Shown one piece after another: positions 49,997 through 60,450 of a stretch of 64,000 nt of DNA; position 1 is the first letter of the stretch, and every line of letters begins with the position of its first letter. The notes under the pieces are model-generated. The model worked only from the letters and a program-made list of their open reading frames with translations, was not told the DNA's origin and did not search any database. The position numbers were made by a program, and so were the translations under genes. The stretch is from assembly GCA_026390075.1 (NCBI GenBank), contig JAPLGP010000005.1, forward strand, positions 25,316-89,315, in the 5' to 3' direction. This stretch comes from Campylobacterales bacterium. Its GTDB lineage: Bacteria > Campylobacterota > Campylobacteria > Campylobacterales > Sulfurimonadaceae.

Positions 49997-51900
49997 ACAA
50001 TCTAACTAAAACAATAAACAGTTATAAAAACTCTCCAAGCATCATCTATTTTTTGCTTGAAAACAAGCCATTGACACTAGCTATTGTCGCTGTCGCTGCA
50101 TTTATAGTGCGCTTTTTGTTGGGTATTCAAAGCGGTTCTGCTGTCGATGCTTTAAGCCAAGCCTTAGGGTTCGCTTCAATCATGTCGGCGTCTATGATTG
50201 CTATCTTGCTCTATTTTAAAGATGCCGTGAACATGCAGCTTGTTAAGCGTATCTCTGAGAGTGGGCATGCTGTGGTGTTTGGTCTTGGCGAGGTTAGTAC
50301 TGCATTCTTAACAAATGAAAGTACAAATAACAGTAGCAACTACATCATATTTGAAAAGAGTACCCAAAATGAAAATATCGAGCAGTTTAGAAAAGCTGGA
50401 ATGGGAGTGGTGCAAGGGAACGCTTTTGATACCGAGCACTTGGAAAAACTCAATTTTGAGACGATGGATTATGCTATCGTAGCACTTGGAAATGACAGAC
50501 TCAACATAGAACTCTCAATAATGATTATAGATCATTACAAAGAGAAACAAATCAATACTCCCATCAAAATAATTGTGCATATAATTAACCAAGACCTCAA
50601 TGCACTTTTTCATCAGAAGTTTGTAGCCCCAGAAGCAAACAAAGAACATAAGATAGATATACAGACTTTTTCGTTTTATGAAGAAGCAGCAGAGAGCTTT
50701 TTTGAAAACAACTTTATAGACGGAGAGAGCAACGAAATTATGCAAAGTTATGAAGATTACCACATCGCAGTTGTTGGCAATGGTGAACTGGCTATGAACA
50801 TCATCTATCAAGCTACAAAGATAGCACATCTTCCAAATGAAAATAAACTACATGTACACATAGTAGATAAAGACGCTAAAGCTTTTAAACAGCGCGTCAT
50901 CAAAAGATACTCGGGTATAGAAAAGGTTGTCTCTTTAGAAGCCGTGAAACTTGATGATGAGACGCTGGAGTACTTTGAGCAAAAAGAGTTGTGGCATAAA
51001 AAAAACCTTACACATGTCATAGTCTGTTATGATGATGAAGAGAAAAACATTAAGATAGCTACTGACCTTTTTAACAAGACATATCTCTCTGCTGCGATAG
51101 ATGGTGCTTTAAAAACCCGTATCAATTTTGCAATATTTAACGCATATAAGATGAGTGCTAAAATAGATGCAGACGAAGAGAGTTTCAAACAGTTCTTTAC
51201 TTTTGCTGATATCAAAGATATATGCACACGAGAAAACCTGCTTGATGAGAAAACTGACCTTATTGCCAAACTGGTGCATAAAACCTATGCTGATGAATAC
51301 GCACCAAATGCACTTTATGATTTGAATGATAAAGCAGTAGATAAAGAAGAGATACATAATAAATGGTACGAATATTCAAAACTCAGCGATAAACTCTCAA
51401 GCATAGCACAAAGCAAGCATATTCCTATGAAGCTAAAAGCGCTAGGACTAAAAAGTGTTCCATCTTACAAATCACCAAAAGAGCTTATAGAATATAACCG
51501 TAAGATATTTGATGCTGTACTACAAGAAGAGAGAGATTCTTTAGGACTAACTGATGCCTTTTTGCAAGAGTATTCAAAAGAACTTCCAAAAATATGGGGC
51601 AGTGATGAAGATAAAAAGAGTATCAACATCTTATATTTTCCAAAAGAATATAAAAGTATGTTGGAAAAACTCACACGCACGGAACATAACCGTTGGAATG
51701 CATTTCAATATCTCAATGGTTGGACATATAATGAGGTAACATCAAAACCTAAAAAAGAGCATGCCTGTTTATTGCCTCTAAGTGAGTTTGAAAAACATGA
51801 ACTGCAACTCACAGTCATTTATGACTTATATTCGATTTTATATATTCCAAATTATTTGGCTAATGCTGGGTATGAGATAATTTTTAGGGAACCAAAATGA
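49993..51900 (+). CDS. 2-TM + RCK/TrkA_N-like + RyR-domain protein
   Basis: HAVVFGLGE, VVGNGELA, HIPMKLKALG, EHNRWNAFQYLNGW..EHACLLP. Confidence 0.78.
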   Translation: MNNLTKTINSYKNSPSIIYFLLENKPLTLAIVAVAAFIVRFLLGIQSGSAVDALSQALGFASIMSASMIAILLYFKDAVNMQLVKRISESGHAVVFGLGEVSTAFLTNESTNNSSNYIIFEKSTQNENIEQFRKAGMGVVQGNAFDTEHLEKLNFETMDYAIVALGNDRLNIELSIMIIDHYKEKQINTPIKIIVHIINQDLNALFHQKFVAPEANKEHKIDIQTFSFYEEAAESFFENNFIDGESNEIMQSYEDYHIAVVGNGELAMNIIYQATKIAHLPNENKLHVHIVDKDAKAFKQRVIKRYSGIEKVVSLEAVKLDDETLEYFEQKELWHKKNLTHVIVCYDDEEKNIKIATDLFNKTYLSAAIDGALKTRINFAIFNAYKMSAKIDADEESFKQFFTFADIKDICTRENLLDEKTDLIAKLVHKTYADEYAPNALYDLNDKAVDKEEIHNKWYEYSKLSDKLSSIAQSKHIPMKLKALGLKSVPSYKSPKELIEYNRKIFDAVLQEERDSLGLTDAFLQEYSKELPKIWGSDEDKKSINILYFPKEYKSMLEKLTRTEHNRWNAFQYLNGWTYNEVTSKPKKEHACLLPLSEFEKHELQLTVIYDLYSILYIPNYLANAGYEIIFREPK

Positions 51901-53957
51901 ACAGCAATAAAGAAAATAGTAAATTGAATTTTTCAAAAATAAAAAAGAAAATACTGCAAAAGCATATAATCAAAATAGTTCCACTAATTTTAGGTGCTTT
52001 TGCGATTTTTGCTGCTTTTATTGGTTTGTATAGTCCACCTGAGGGTGAATTTTTTTCAGCATTTTACGGTGCTTTTGGTTTTTTTGGCGGCAATGGAGAC
52101 AGTAAATTGATACCCAACTCTAATTGGTTGAAAATAGCAGCAATCACTGCACCTCTATCGGTTGTTTTTTTACTCATGTTTGTTTTTTCTCAAAAAATTT
52201 ATAAATGGTATTTTTTTATTTTTAATAGCAAAAATCACTTTGTTATTTGCGGTTTAGGTGATATGGGAAGCGCATTAGCCAAAGATATGCTTATAGAGGG
52301 AAAACTCAAAGAAAATGGTTATTCTAAACTTGTTGTAATTGAAGCTGATGAAACAAACTCGCATGTAGAGGACATACGACTCAAAGGAGGGATTGTCATT
52401 ATTGGTGATGCAACAAGTAACGATATTTTAAAAGAAGCAAAAATTAATGATGCAAAAACTGTGGTAATGCTCACTGGTAAAGATCTGTTAAATATAGAGA
52501 TTACTATTAAAATTTCCAAACTTAATCATCACCAGATGAATTATGATTTTCAACAATTTATAAAAGCTATGTTTTGTTGGCAAATAGATAATAGTGTTGT
52601 TCAACAATCACTTTATGTACATTTGGATAATCGAGAAAACTATGAACTACTAAGAAGCGATACTTTTAAATACATGAACATAAAAAGCTTTAACCTTTAT
52701 GATAGTGCTGCTCAAACTCTTTTTATGCAACACACCTTAGGAATAAATGTAGAAACGATGCAACCTAATGGAAATGTAAAAATTGCATTGGTCGGATTTG
52801 ATAAAGTTGGAGAAAGCATCTTATATAGAATTTTAAATCTTGGACATTTTTATAATCAAGTACCTATAGAGGTTGATATATATGATTGTGATATACAAAC
52901 AAAAGAACAAGAGTTTTTAAAAAGTTACCCTATAAATCAAGATATTTGTAAAAATTATTGGAGAGTAGAATTTAAAGATGAATCACAATTTTATACTCAA
53001 AATATTGATTACACCCAGATAGTATTTTGTAGTCTTGACTCTACAAGAAGTTTTCAAGATGCTATGAGAGTTATGAAAACACACACAAAAGAGATAATTG
53101 AAAAAAATATTCAGGCATATCTTTTTGCTGATGTACATTATGCATTGGGAGATCTTTTATCAACAGATAAAAATGTTTTTAAAAATCTGTACACATTTGG
53201 TAATTTTGATAGGTTATGCACCTATGATGTAATAGTAAATGAGTCTTTAGATGAAATGGCTAAAAAATCTAATGCCAGATACAATGAGTTGCATAAATAT
53301 GAAGGATATCAAAAATTTAATATTAAAAAATGGTCAACTAACGAAGTTAAACTAACTATTGCTAATTCCATGTATCATTATAAAAATCGTATTCTTCCAA
53401 TGCAAGAACAATGGAAAGCATTAGACAATTTTTTAAAAGATTCAAATCGTATGCAAGTAGAACATCTGAGTATAAAATTCAAAGTTATCAATCACTACTT
53501 AAGCCAAAAGAACAAACAAGGTGAATATGAACAGTTAAAACAACAGGCTCTTAAAAAATGGTTTATATATGGCGGTGAGATGCTATGGGATAAAATGCCA
53601 AATACAAAAGAGTTATTAGAATATATACCTTTGGATGTGTTAGATAGACTTGCTCAAGTTGAACATAACAGATGGAATGCTTTTCATATACTTAATGGCT
53701 GGAAAAAGCTTGATATTCCATCAGATGCAACTGAGAAAATGAAGAAAAATGTACAATTAAAACTTCACCCTTGTCTAGTAAAATGGGATGAACTTGACAA
53801 TACATCTAGAAACCATGAACACGATTATAAATCTGATGATATTGAAACTGTTATGAGAATAGGTGATATGGTAAAAAATAGTAAAAAATTTAGAAACATA
53901 AAACTTATTCAAGAATTTAGAAATGTAATGTGTTCTTTAAAAAAAGATAGGAAATAG
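51897..53957 (+). CDS. 2-TM + RCK/TrkA_N-like + RyR-domain protein, paralog
   Basis: HFVICGLGDMG, IIGDAT, EHNRWNAFHILNGW..LHPCLVKWDEL. Confidence 0.8.
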   Translation: MNSNKENSKLNFSKIKKKILQKHIIKIVPLILGAFAIFAAFIGLYSPPEGEFFSAFYGAFGFFGGNGDSKLIPNSNWLKIAAITAPLSVVFLLMFVFSQKIYKWYFFIFNSKNHFVICGLGDMGSALAKDMLIEGKLKENGYSKLVVIEADETNSHVEDIRLKGGIVIIGDATSNDILKEAKINDAKTVVMLTGKDLLNIEITIKISKLNHHQMNYDFQQFIKAMFCWQIDNSVVQQSLYVHLDNRENYELLRSDTFKYMNIKSFNLYDSAAQTLFMQHTLGINVETMQPNGNVKIALVGFDKVGESILYRILNLGHFYNQVPIEVDIYDCDIQTKEQEFLKSYPINQDICKNYWRVEFKDESQFYTQNIDYTQIVFCSLDSTRSFQDAMRVMKTHTKEIIEKNIQAYLFADVHYALGDLLSTDKNVFKNLYTFGNFDRLCTYDVIVNESLDEMAKKSNARYNELHKYEGYQKFNIKKWSTNEVKLTIANSMYHYKNRILPMQEQWKALDNFLKDSNRMQVEHLSIKFKVINHYLSQKNKQGEYEQLKQQALKKWFIYGGEMLWDKMPNTKELLEYIPLDVLDRLAQVEHNRWNAFHILNGWKKLDIPSDATEKMKKNVQLKLHPCLVKWDELDNTSRNHEHDYKSDDIETVMRIGDMVKNSKKFRNIKLIQEFRNVMCSLKKDRK

Positions 53958-53998
53958 TTTTATGACTATAAAAGATTCAAATTATTAATAAAAAGATA

Positions 53999-54106
53999 AA
54001 TAGACTTCTTGCAAAACTAAGATTGCTTCGTCGTTCCTCCTCGCAATGACGGTCATTGCGAACGAAGTGAAGCAATCTAAAAAGAGAGTTTTGCAAGAAG
54101 TCTAAT
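53999..54106. repeat. ~108-bp palindromic repeat, copy 6
   Basis: AATAGACTTCTTGCAAAACT...AGTTTTGCAAGAAGTCTAA. Confidence 0.9.
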
Positions 54107-54136
54107 ATTTAGACTATTACAAAAAGGAATCAATCT

Positions 54137-55750
54137 ATGTTGAAACAAATCGTAGAATATGGGATAATCACGCAAGAGCAAGCCCAACTCATAGATAAAC
54201 TGCACTACACAACCAAAAAAGATATTGATTTACTTTTAGAAGAGTATGGTTATATCAACAGCGTTACTAGAGCTCAAATGCAAGCACGGCAAAATGAAAT
54301 TCCATATGTTGATTTGTCTTCTCATAGTATTACTGAGGAAGCCTTACAGTGTATCACTAAAGAAAAAGCACTAGAATATACATTATTGCCCCTCTATGTA
54401 AATGAGCATGAACTTACAATTGCCATAAACGAAGCAGCTGATTTTGGGAAACTTATTTTTTTGGAACGCCATACACAAAAAAATATCCGTTTTGTATATA
54501 CAGATACTCAGCAGCTTTTATCACATATTCAGATGCATTATTATGGTGAAAAATCTTTGCAAGTATATATGTATGATTTTGAGACTAGCGATGTAATTCT
54601 ACTTCTTAATACGCTTTTAAACAGTGCTATAGATTATCGTGCATCAGATATTCACTTGTCTCCAGAGCATGATGCCTTACATGTTTTTTTCAGGATAGAT
54701 GGGGTGTTGCAACATATGGCAGTAGTGAAGCTTGAGATGTTGTCCTCTCTTGCAGTGCGCATAAAAACACTTTCAAATCTTGATATTTCTCAAAAACGCA
54801 TTGCTATGGATGGCTCTTTTTCGCATCACCATTTAGATAAAGAGTTTGACTTTCGTGTTTCAACTTTGCCGACTGATATGGGTGAAAATATAGTCATGCG
54901 TATTTTGTCAAAAGATGCTAATCTGTTTAAGGTTGATAATCTAGGGATCAATGAAAGCAATACTAAAAAAATTAAAGAGTTGATACATAAACCTTATGGT
55001 GTTATCTTGATTACAGGTCCAACAGGCAGCGGTAAAACAACAACACTTTATGCGGTTCTCAACGAAATCAATAGATTACAAAAAAATATTTTAACTATTG
55101 AAAACCCCATAGAATACCGTTTTCCTTTCATAAAACAAACACAATACAACCCAAAAGCAGGTTTTACTTATGATATGGCAATTAAATCTTTTATGCGTCA
55201 AGACCCCGATGTAATTATGGTTGGAGAAATTCGAGATCCGCAAACAGCCGAACTTGCAATGGAAGCTTCTATCACTGGGCATATGGTGCTCTCTACGCTT
55301 CATACCAATGATGCGCTGAGTGCTATTACACGACTTAAAAGTCTGGATGTCGCGCCATATCTCTTAGGTTCTGGAATGTTGGCTGTTCTGGCACAGCGCT
55401 TAGTGCGAAAATTGTGCGAACATTGTAAAATACCTCAAGAACTTCAAAAAGAAGATTTAAAGAATTATAACTTCGGCATAGATGACCTTAATGTAGCAAA
55501 AGATATAACAATTTTCAAAGCATGTGGATGCGACCGATGTTATGGTTTAGGATACAAAGGGCGCATTGCGATAGTAGAAATAGTTGAAATAGATAAACAA
55601 ATGCAGAGATATATTTCAGATGGAGCAACAGAGAGTCAGCTGCATACTTACACAAAAGAACAAGGCATGAAAACACTTAGAGATGATGCCTTGGAAAAAG
55701 TTTTTACAGGCAAAACATCTTTTGATGAAGTTGAACGACATATTTTCTAA
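54137..55750 (+). CDS. GspE/PilB-family secretion ATPase
   Basis: ASDIH, GPTGSGKTTTLY, RQDPDVIMVGEIRD, TGHMVLSTLHTN, CEHC/CDRC. Confidence 0.92.
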   Translation: MLKQIVEYGIITQEQAQLIDKLHYTTKKDIDLLLEEYGYINSVTRAQMQARQNEIPYVDLSSHSITEEALQCITKEKALEYTLLPLYVNEHELTIAINEAADFGKLIFLERHTQKNIRFVYTDTQQLLSHIQMHYYGEKSLQVYMYDFETSDVILLLNTLLNSAIDYRASDIHLSPEHDALHVFFRIDGVLQHMAVVKLEMLSSLAVRIKTLSNLDISQKRIAMDGSFSHHHLDKEFDFRVSTLPTDMGENIVMRILSKDANLFKVDNLGINESNTKKIKELIHKPYGVILITGPTGSGKTTTLYAVLNEINRLQKNILTIENPIEYRFPFIKQTQYNPKAGFTYDMAIKSFMRQDPDVIMVGEIRDPQTAELAMEASITGHMVLSTLHTNDALSAITRLKSLDVAPYLLGSGMLAVLAQRLVRKLCEHCKIPQELQKEDLKNYNFGIDDLNVAKDITIFKACGCDRCYGLGYKGRIAIVEIVEIDKQMQRYISDGATESQLHTYTKEQGMKTLRDDALEKVFTGKTSFDEVERHIF

Positions 55751-55856
55751 ATTATTATTGGAATGTGTATTTTAAATTTTTATACAAATAATAAAAAATG
55801 TAGTTTAACACGCTTAAAAGTAATATTTTACTAACATTCTTATAATTTCAGGAGAA

Positions 55857-56795
55857 TTGATGCAAGAAAGTAAGCACGATAAATTTTTTTCAAGAGCACT
55901 ACTCATACTGCAAAGACTTTCAGTAGAAGGTTCTGTAAGTATAATAGATTTGGCAAAGGATTATAATTGCGATAAAAGAACAATCTACCGTGACATAAAA
56001 AGACTTCATTTTTTCCCGCTGGAACTCAATGCGGGAATAGTAAGTGTTGCAGACGGTTTTAGCCTCGAACACGCTAAACTTCAAGAAAATGAGCTGCTCA
56101 TTGCAGAACTAGCCTTTAGTGCAATAGATGGCATAGACAGTAAAATAGACAAACATATCCAAGCTATTCGCGCAAAACTTTCTAATCCTCTTTTCTTCAC
56201 ACCATACAGCATAAAAGCAGAGGCATATGAAGATATAAATATGAATTCAGAGTTGCTAAATAAAATCGAAGACGCGATTATGAAAAGAAATATATCAAAA
56301 GTAACAAGTAACTCAGTGATGGCAACAATTGAGCCTTATAAAGTTGTTGCATTTGATGGTTTTTGGTATCTACTCGCAAAAGATTTAAAAGATCAAAAAA
56401 TTAAAACATTTCTCGTTTCCTATATTAATGAGTTTAGAGCAACTGCGCAAGTTTATGAAACAACAAAAACCAATATTAATCAAGTTTTAGAAAATGTCCA
56501 TACAGCTTGGTTTGAAGACGGCAACAGCTTTGAGGTAAAAATCAAAGTAAAATCACCAGTTGCCAAGTATTTCAAACTCAAAAAGCATCTATCGTCTCAA
56601 AAAATTATAAAAGAGGATAGTGACGGTTCTCTGATTGTGAGTTTTGAAGTAAGTAGTGACGAAGATGTGGACAATATCATTAAAGCTTGGTTGCCACATG
56701 TAGAAGTGATAAAACCTGAGCGATTTAGAAAAAAATTTATTGTTGAACTAGAAGAGTATGTTAGAGAATTAAAAACTGTTCAGTATGATATATAA
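55857..56795 (+). CDS. WYL-domain transcriptional regulator (HTH-WYL-WCX)
   Basis: RTIYRDI, EPYKVV..GFWYL, PHVEVIKP. Confidence 0.9.
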   Translation: MMQESKHDKFFSRALLILQRLSVEGSVSIIDLAKDYNCDKRTIYRDIKRLHFFPLELNAGIVSVADGFSLEHAKLQENELLIAELAFSAIDGIDSKIDKHIQAIRAKLSNPLFFTPYSIKAEAYEDINMNSELLNKIEDAIMKRNISKVTSNSVMATIEPYKVVAFDGFWYLLAKDLKDQKIKTFLVSYINEFRATAQVYETTKTNINQVLENVHTAWFEDGNSFEVKIKVKSPVAKYFKLKKHLSSQKIIKEDSDGSLIVSFEVSSDEDVDNIIKAWLPHVEVIKPERFRKKFIVELEEYVRELKTVQYDI

Positions 56796-56798
56796 GCT

Positions 56799-56828
56799 GC
56801 AGGAAACCCAAAAAGTCTCCTGCTTTTT
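56799..56828 (+). terminator. Rho-independent terminator after the WYL gene
   Basis: GCAGGA...TCCTGC followed by TTTTT. Confidence 0.55.
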
Positions 56829-56859
56829 AGTGTATAGGGGAGTGGTTACAATCTAAAAT

Positions 56860-57102
56860 TTATTTCTTAATTGTTAATTCACGATTATTATCATAATGTA
56901 CAACATCACCTTGTTGTCCTATTGTATCATTTTTTACAGGCTTTTCTTTCTCCTTTTCACGATAATTATCATAATATACAACATCACCTTGTTGACCAAT
57001 TGCATAACCTTTAACAATATACTTTTCTTCATCTTTAGCAGATGCAACATTGACCAACAGTATAGTCAGACTAAGAAATAAAATCTTTACTATTTTTTTC
57101 AT
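56860..57102 (-). CDS. Small secreted protein with internal repeat
   Basis: Signal peptide; IGQQGDVV(Y/H)YDN twice; AAGGAG RBS. Confidence 0.75.
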   Translation of the reverse strand: MKKIVKILFLSLTILLVNVASAKDEEKYIVKGYAIGQQGDVVYYDNYREKEKEKPVKNDTIGQQGDVVHYDNNRELTIKK

Positions 57103-57178
57103 TTTCTCTCCTTGAGAAATTTATTTGAAGCAACTCAATCAAAGCTTTGTTGATTGATATTAAAATAATAAAGTATCT

Positions 57179-57199
57179 ATATGACAGGTTGAGTCATAT
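57179..57199. promoter_or_regulatory. Palindromic operator-like site
   Basis: ATATGAC-AGGTTGA-GTCATAT; the reverse strand matches TGACATAACCTGTCA at 13/15. Confidence 0.6.
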
Positions 57200-57261
57200 T
57201 AGTTTTAAGTTTACTTATCAAGATTTGATACATATACACATAATTACTTATTGATAAAAAA

Positions 57262-58182
57262 TCAACCACCCAAATAATGCTCAGTAATAGAGGCTCTGTT
57301 ATGCTTCATCTCTGAACTCACACCTAAAAGACTATCTTTATAACTATATCCCGCTTGAGCATATTCCATTATCCTATTTTTCGCAAAATTCCATCTCAAT
57401 CCATGAGAACCTTCTGAATCTTCTTTACTTTTTAAACATGATTGTTTTATATCATCATAATATTTTTGGCGATTGATTTTAAAGGTTAAATTATCAGATA
57501 AATATTCGACTAACGCATTGTATGTTTGCACTGAAACAAGAACATTTCCTTCTTTCCCGCCTTTCTCTTTTGTGAAAATCACCCCTTTTTGCATATTTGT
57601 TATGGAATCATATTCTATGCCACAAAGCTGAATATGCTTAATTAGAGAAACACCTTCAATTCTTGCTCCGCCCTCATACTGAATATTAGCTGCCAATTTA
57701 TGTGTTGCATCTGATATATTATTAATGAGCAATTTTGGATTTTTATACGCACGATTGTGGTAATTATTTATAACCAACTTCAAATCTCGAGACTCATTTA
57801 AAATATCTTGGCGAATGGAAAAATCATAGTTTTTTTCAGTACCATGTGTGCTTTTAGTGAACATTTTTAAAGCTATTTCAAGCTTGCCAAGTGCTGCTGA
57901 AATTTTTTCAAGATATTGCTTGCTTGGATAATAATCAATTTTATACTCCATATATGCTTCTATATGTTCTGAAGATATTTTTTCACAATCTTTGATATTC
58001 CAATGTTCCTTGAGATAGTTCAAAAAATTATTCCAAATATTGCGATAAGTTTCCATTGTTTTATAACTAGAAACTTTTTGATAATTAGAATGCGTTGCAT
58101 CAATTTTCTCATCTTTTTTTGCACCAACTTCAAAAATTATTTTTGCTAACATTGATGTTTGATAATAAACGCTTCCTCTCAT
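57262..58182 (-). CDS. Tyrosine recombinase
   Basis: GARIEG, KGGK, HGLRWNF, H(NRASITEH)Y catalytic set. Confidence 0.82.
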   Translation of the reverse strand: MRGSVYYQTSMLAKIIFEVGAKKDEKIDATHSNYQKVSSYKTMETYRNIWNNFLNYLKEHWNIKDCEKISSEHIEAYMEYKIDYYPSKQYLEKISAALGKLEIALKMFTKSTHGTEKNYDFSIRQDILNESRDLKLVINNYHNRAYKNPKLLINNISDATHKLAANIQYEGGARIEGVSLIKHIQLCGIEYDSITNMQKGVIFTKEKGGKEGNVLVSVQTYNALVEYLSDNLTFKINRQKYYDDIKQSCLKSKEDSEGSHGLRWNFAKNRIMEYAQAGYSYKDSLLGVSSEMKHNRASITEHYLGG

Positions 58183-58701
58183 TATTTCTTCTTTATATAA
58201 ATTTATTTTGATAGTTTCAGCCTCTATCAGTAGGCAAATTTTGTTAAGTCAATCTGCATGTTATTTTCGATTTTTGCATCTAAATCGCCAGTTTTTCGAG
58301 TGAACTAACTAGTAGCTATAATATATAATTTTAAAATACTCTTCCAATTTAAAGCTTGTCAAACTTCTCTCATCTGATATAGTCAAGATAATTCTAAATG
58401 AAAGAAAATCCATTTATCTCACGCTCTTTTAGTTACGATGGTGTGAAACACTCGTAAGTGAATCTGAGCTCCAACGATTAATTTTACATGTGTTATAAAA
58501 ATTTAATGATGAACTATAACACGAAACTCTGTTTGATTAAGGTTTTGATTTTTTTTGGAAGATATGGGTGTTTTTTGCAGTTTCCATTTTGCTTGCAGAA
58601 GACTTTCAACTCCTCATCCACAAGGGAATTTGTACTGTTTTTATAAAATTTGCAAAAAACAGTAAAAAAAACAAATACTAAACAGGTGAATAAACATCTA
58701 T

Positions 58702-59490
58702 TTATATATGTTGTAACACCTTATGCGGTAAATTCGATGGCATCTGAATAGCTGTAGATTTTACACCTTGATCATTATAGGGATATGTTTGCGCATATGA
58801 TAGTGCATATTCAAAGGCTCTTTCGATAAATAAAAGCTGTTCATCCCTTTCATTTATCAGAGAAATTATATGCTTTATATCTTTTGATCCATCATGCTTA
58901 CTTAAAATATCTGTAACTATATCGCCTTGTTGTGTTGGCACTAAATAGTGTGTAGATTTTTGAAGAGCTATTATGCAAATGGAAAGTGTAATACTTTGTG
59001 CATCAGTTTTGTTAAATTTAAAAATCTTTGCTAAAACCCGTCTAAAAACATTTGCTACAATCTCTTTAGTGCTAAACACTTGGTAGGATTTAGATGTGCT
59101 CATTTTATTCTTTACATCTCTTAAATTTAAAGTCACAACCTTTGAATTTGGATCAACAATCATAAAATCATTTGTGTCAAGCAAGAGCAAAATTTTAAAA
59201 AATGCACTATGGAATGGCTCATTAATCCAAAGTTGCTCAAGTACTATTGTGTGATATAAATATCTCATATCATTGTCATTTAAGTCCCACTGATGATAAA
59301 TTTGATATTTAATTTTATGTGTTTGAAATTCGTAGAGTTGCTCTGGCTCTTGAACCACAGAAGAAACCTCCTCTTGCAGAGGTGCTTCAATAGCTCTTTG
59401 AATTTGGATAGATTTTATAAAACCATTAGCCATAACAAATATTGCTATAGCTAAAAATGAAATGCCTACCAATACTTCTCTATCATCCAT
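58702..59490 (-). CDS. Hypothetical protein with N-terminal TM
   Basis: 262-aa ORF in an operon. Confidence 0.65.
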   Translation of the reverse strand: MDDREVLVGISFLAIAIFVMANGFIKSIQIQRAIEAPLQEEVSSVVQEPEQLYEFQTHKIKYQIYHQWDLNDNDMRYLYHTIVLEQLWINEPFHSAFFKILLLLDTNDFMIVDPNSKVVTLNLRDVKNKMSTSKSYQVFSTKEIVANVFRRVLAKIFKFNKTDAQSITLSICIIALQKSTHYLVPTQQGDIVTDILSKHDGSKDIKHIISLINERDEQLLFIERAFEYALSYAQTYPYNDQGVKSTAIQMPSNLPHKVLQHI

Positions 59491-59496
59491 TTTATA

Positions 59497-59970
59497 CTAC
59501 TTATTGAGATATTTTTGATCATGAAGTAGTTTTGTGAGATTTTGAGGAGTAAAACGGTACTCTCTTTCTAAAACTACTGAAACAGAATATCCCATAAAAG
59601 CAAGGTTGAAAATTTTGTACATTGCTCTTGCTTCGGATTTTGAGATGAAAATATTTTCATCACCATCGATTTTTAACTTTAGATTTTTTGTTTTTTGATG
59701 TTCGGCGATAGTAAGATATTTGTTTTGATCATTCCCACCATCGAATAAAGAAAGCTCTTCCATAAAATGTACAGTGTCGCTAAAAGTAGATGTTAAAATT
59801 TGATTTCCAACTAAAATCAACTCATTTCTGATATATTTTTTCTTTACAATTCTATCTTCTTCAAATATATGAAGTAGATAAATTCCTTTGTCTAAATTGA
59901 GTGAAACTAATATAAGCGTTAATTCTTTACCATTATCATCTGTTAGTGTAATTAATTGATCCCATGCCAT
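59497..59970 (-). CDS. Hypothetical protein
   Basis: 157-aa ORF in an operon. Confidence 0.65.
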   Translation of the reverse strand: MAWDQLITLTDDNGKELTLILVSLNLDKGIYLLHIFEEDRIVKKKYIRNELILVGNQILTSTFSDTVHFMEELSLFDGGNDQNKYLTIAEHQKTKNLKLKIDGDENIFISKSEARAMYKIFNLAFMGYSVSVVLEREYRFTPQNLTKLLHDQKYLNK

Positions 59971-59972
59971 TT

Positions 59973-60437
59973 TTAATTCTCCTGATTTTGTATATTTTTT
60001 TCTAATTCATTCCATAATTCATAGATTGTAGAATATGAAACTTCCAGCTTGTGATATTTGGCAAAGTATGCAGCAATCTCTCTAAAACTCATGTTTTGTT
60101 CAAGTTTCAAAGTTCGCACAATTGCCCAGTATCCAAGCACCTTTTGCCGTTTAACTTTTACTTTAGTGTTTTTACCTCGAAGTTTTATTGCATTAAGATT
60201 GACATCATCAAGCTCTCCTACAACAAAATTAATTGCTAAAATAAGCGATGCAAGTGTCAAGACTGCATTATCTGCATCACTATGTAAATTTTTTAGTTTG
60301 TGAAAAAGTGTTTTTTGATACTCTAGAATTTTCAACTTCGTACTTATGTCAACTTTTGCGAAAAAACGCAATTGTTGGTTTTGGATTTCAATGCTCATTT
60401 TTGTAAGCTTTTCTAGCTCTAATTGTTTTTCAGTCAT
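59973..60437 (-). CDS. Hypothetical protein with C-terminal HTH-like segment
   Basis: SFREIAAYF..VSYSTIY. Confidence 0.6.
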   Translation of the reverse strand: MTEKQLELEKLTKMSIEIQNQQLRFFAKVDISTKLKILEYQKTLFHKLKNLHSDADNAVLTLASLILAINFVVGELDDVNLNAIKLRGKNTKVKVKRQKVLGYWAIVRTLKLEQNMSFREIAAYFAKYHKLEVSYSTIYELWNELEKNIQNQEN

Positions 60438-60450
60438 ATTTTCTACTAAA

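Noticed and set aside
58380-58700. oriT or sRNA in the long spacer
   Set aside because: Only a small GTGT-GAA-ACAC hairpin; no recognisable consensus
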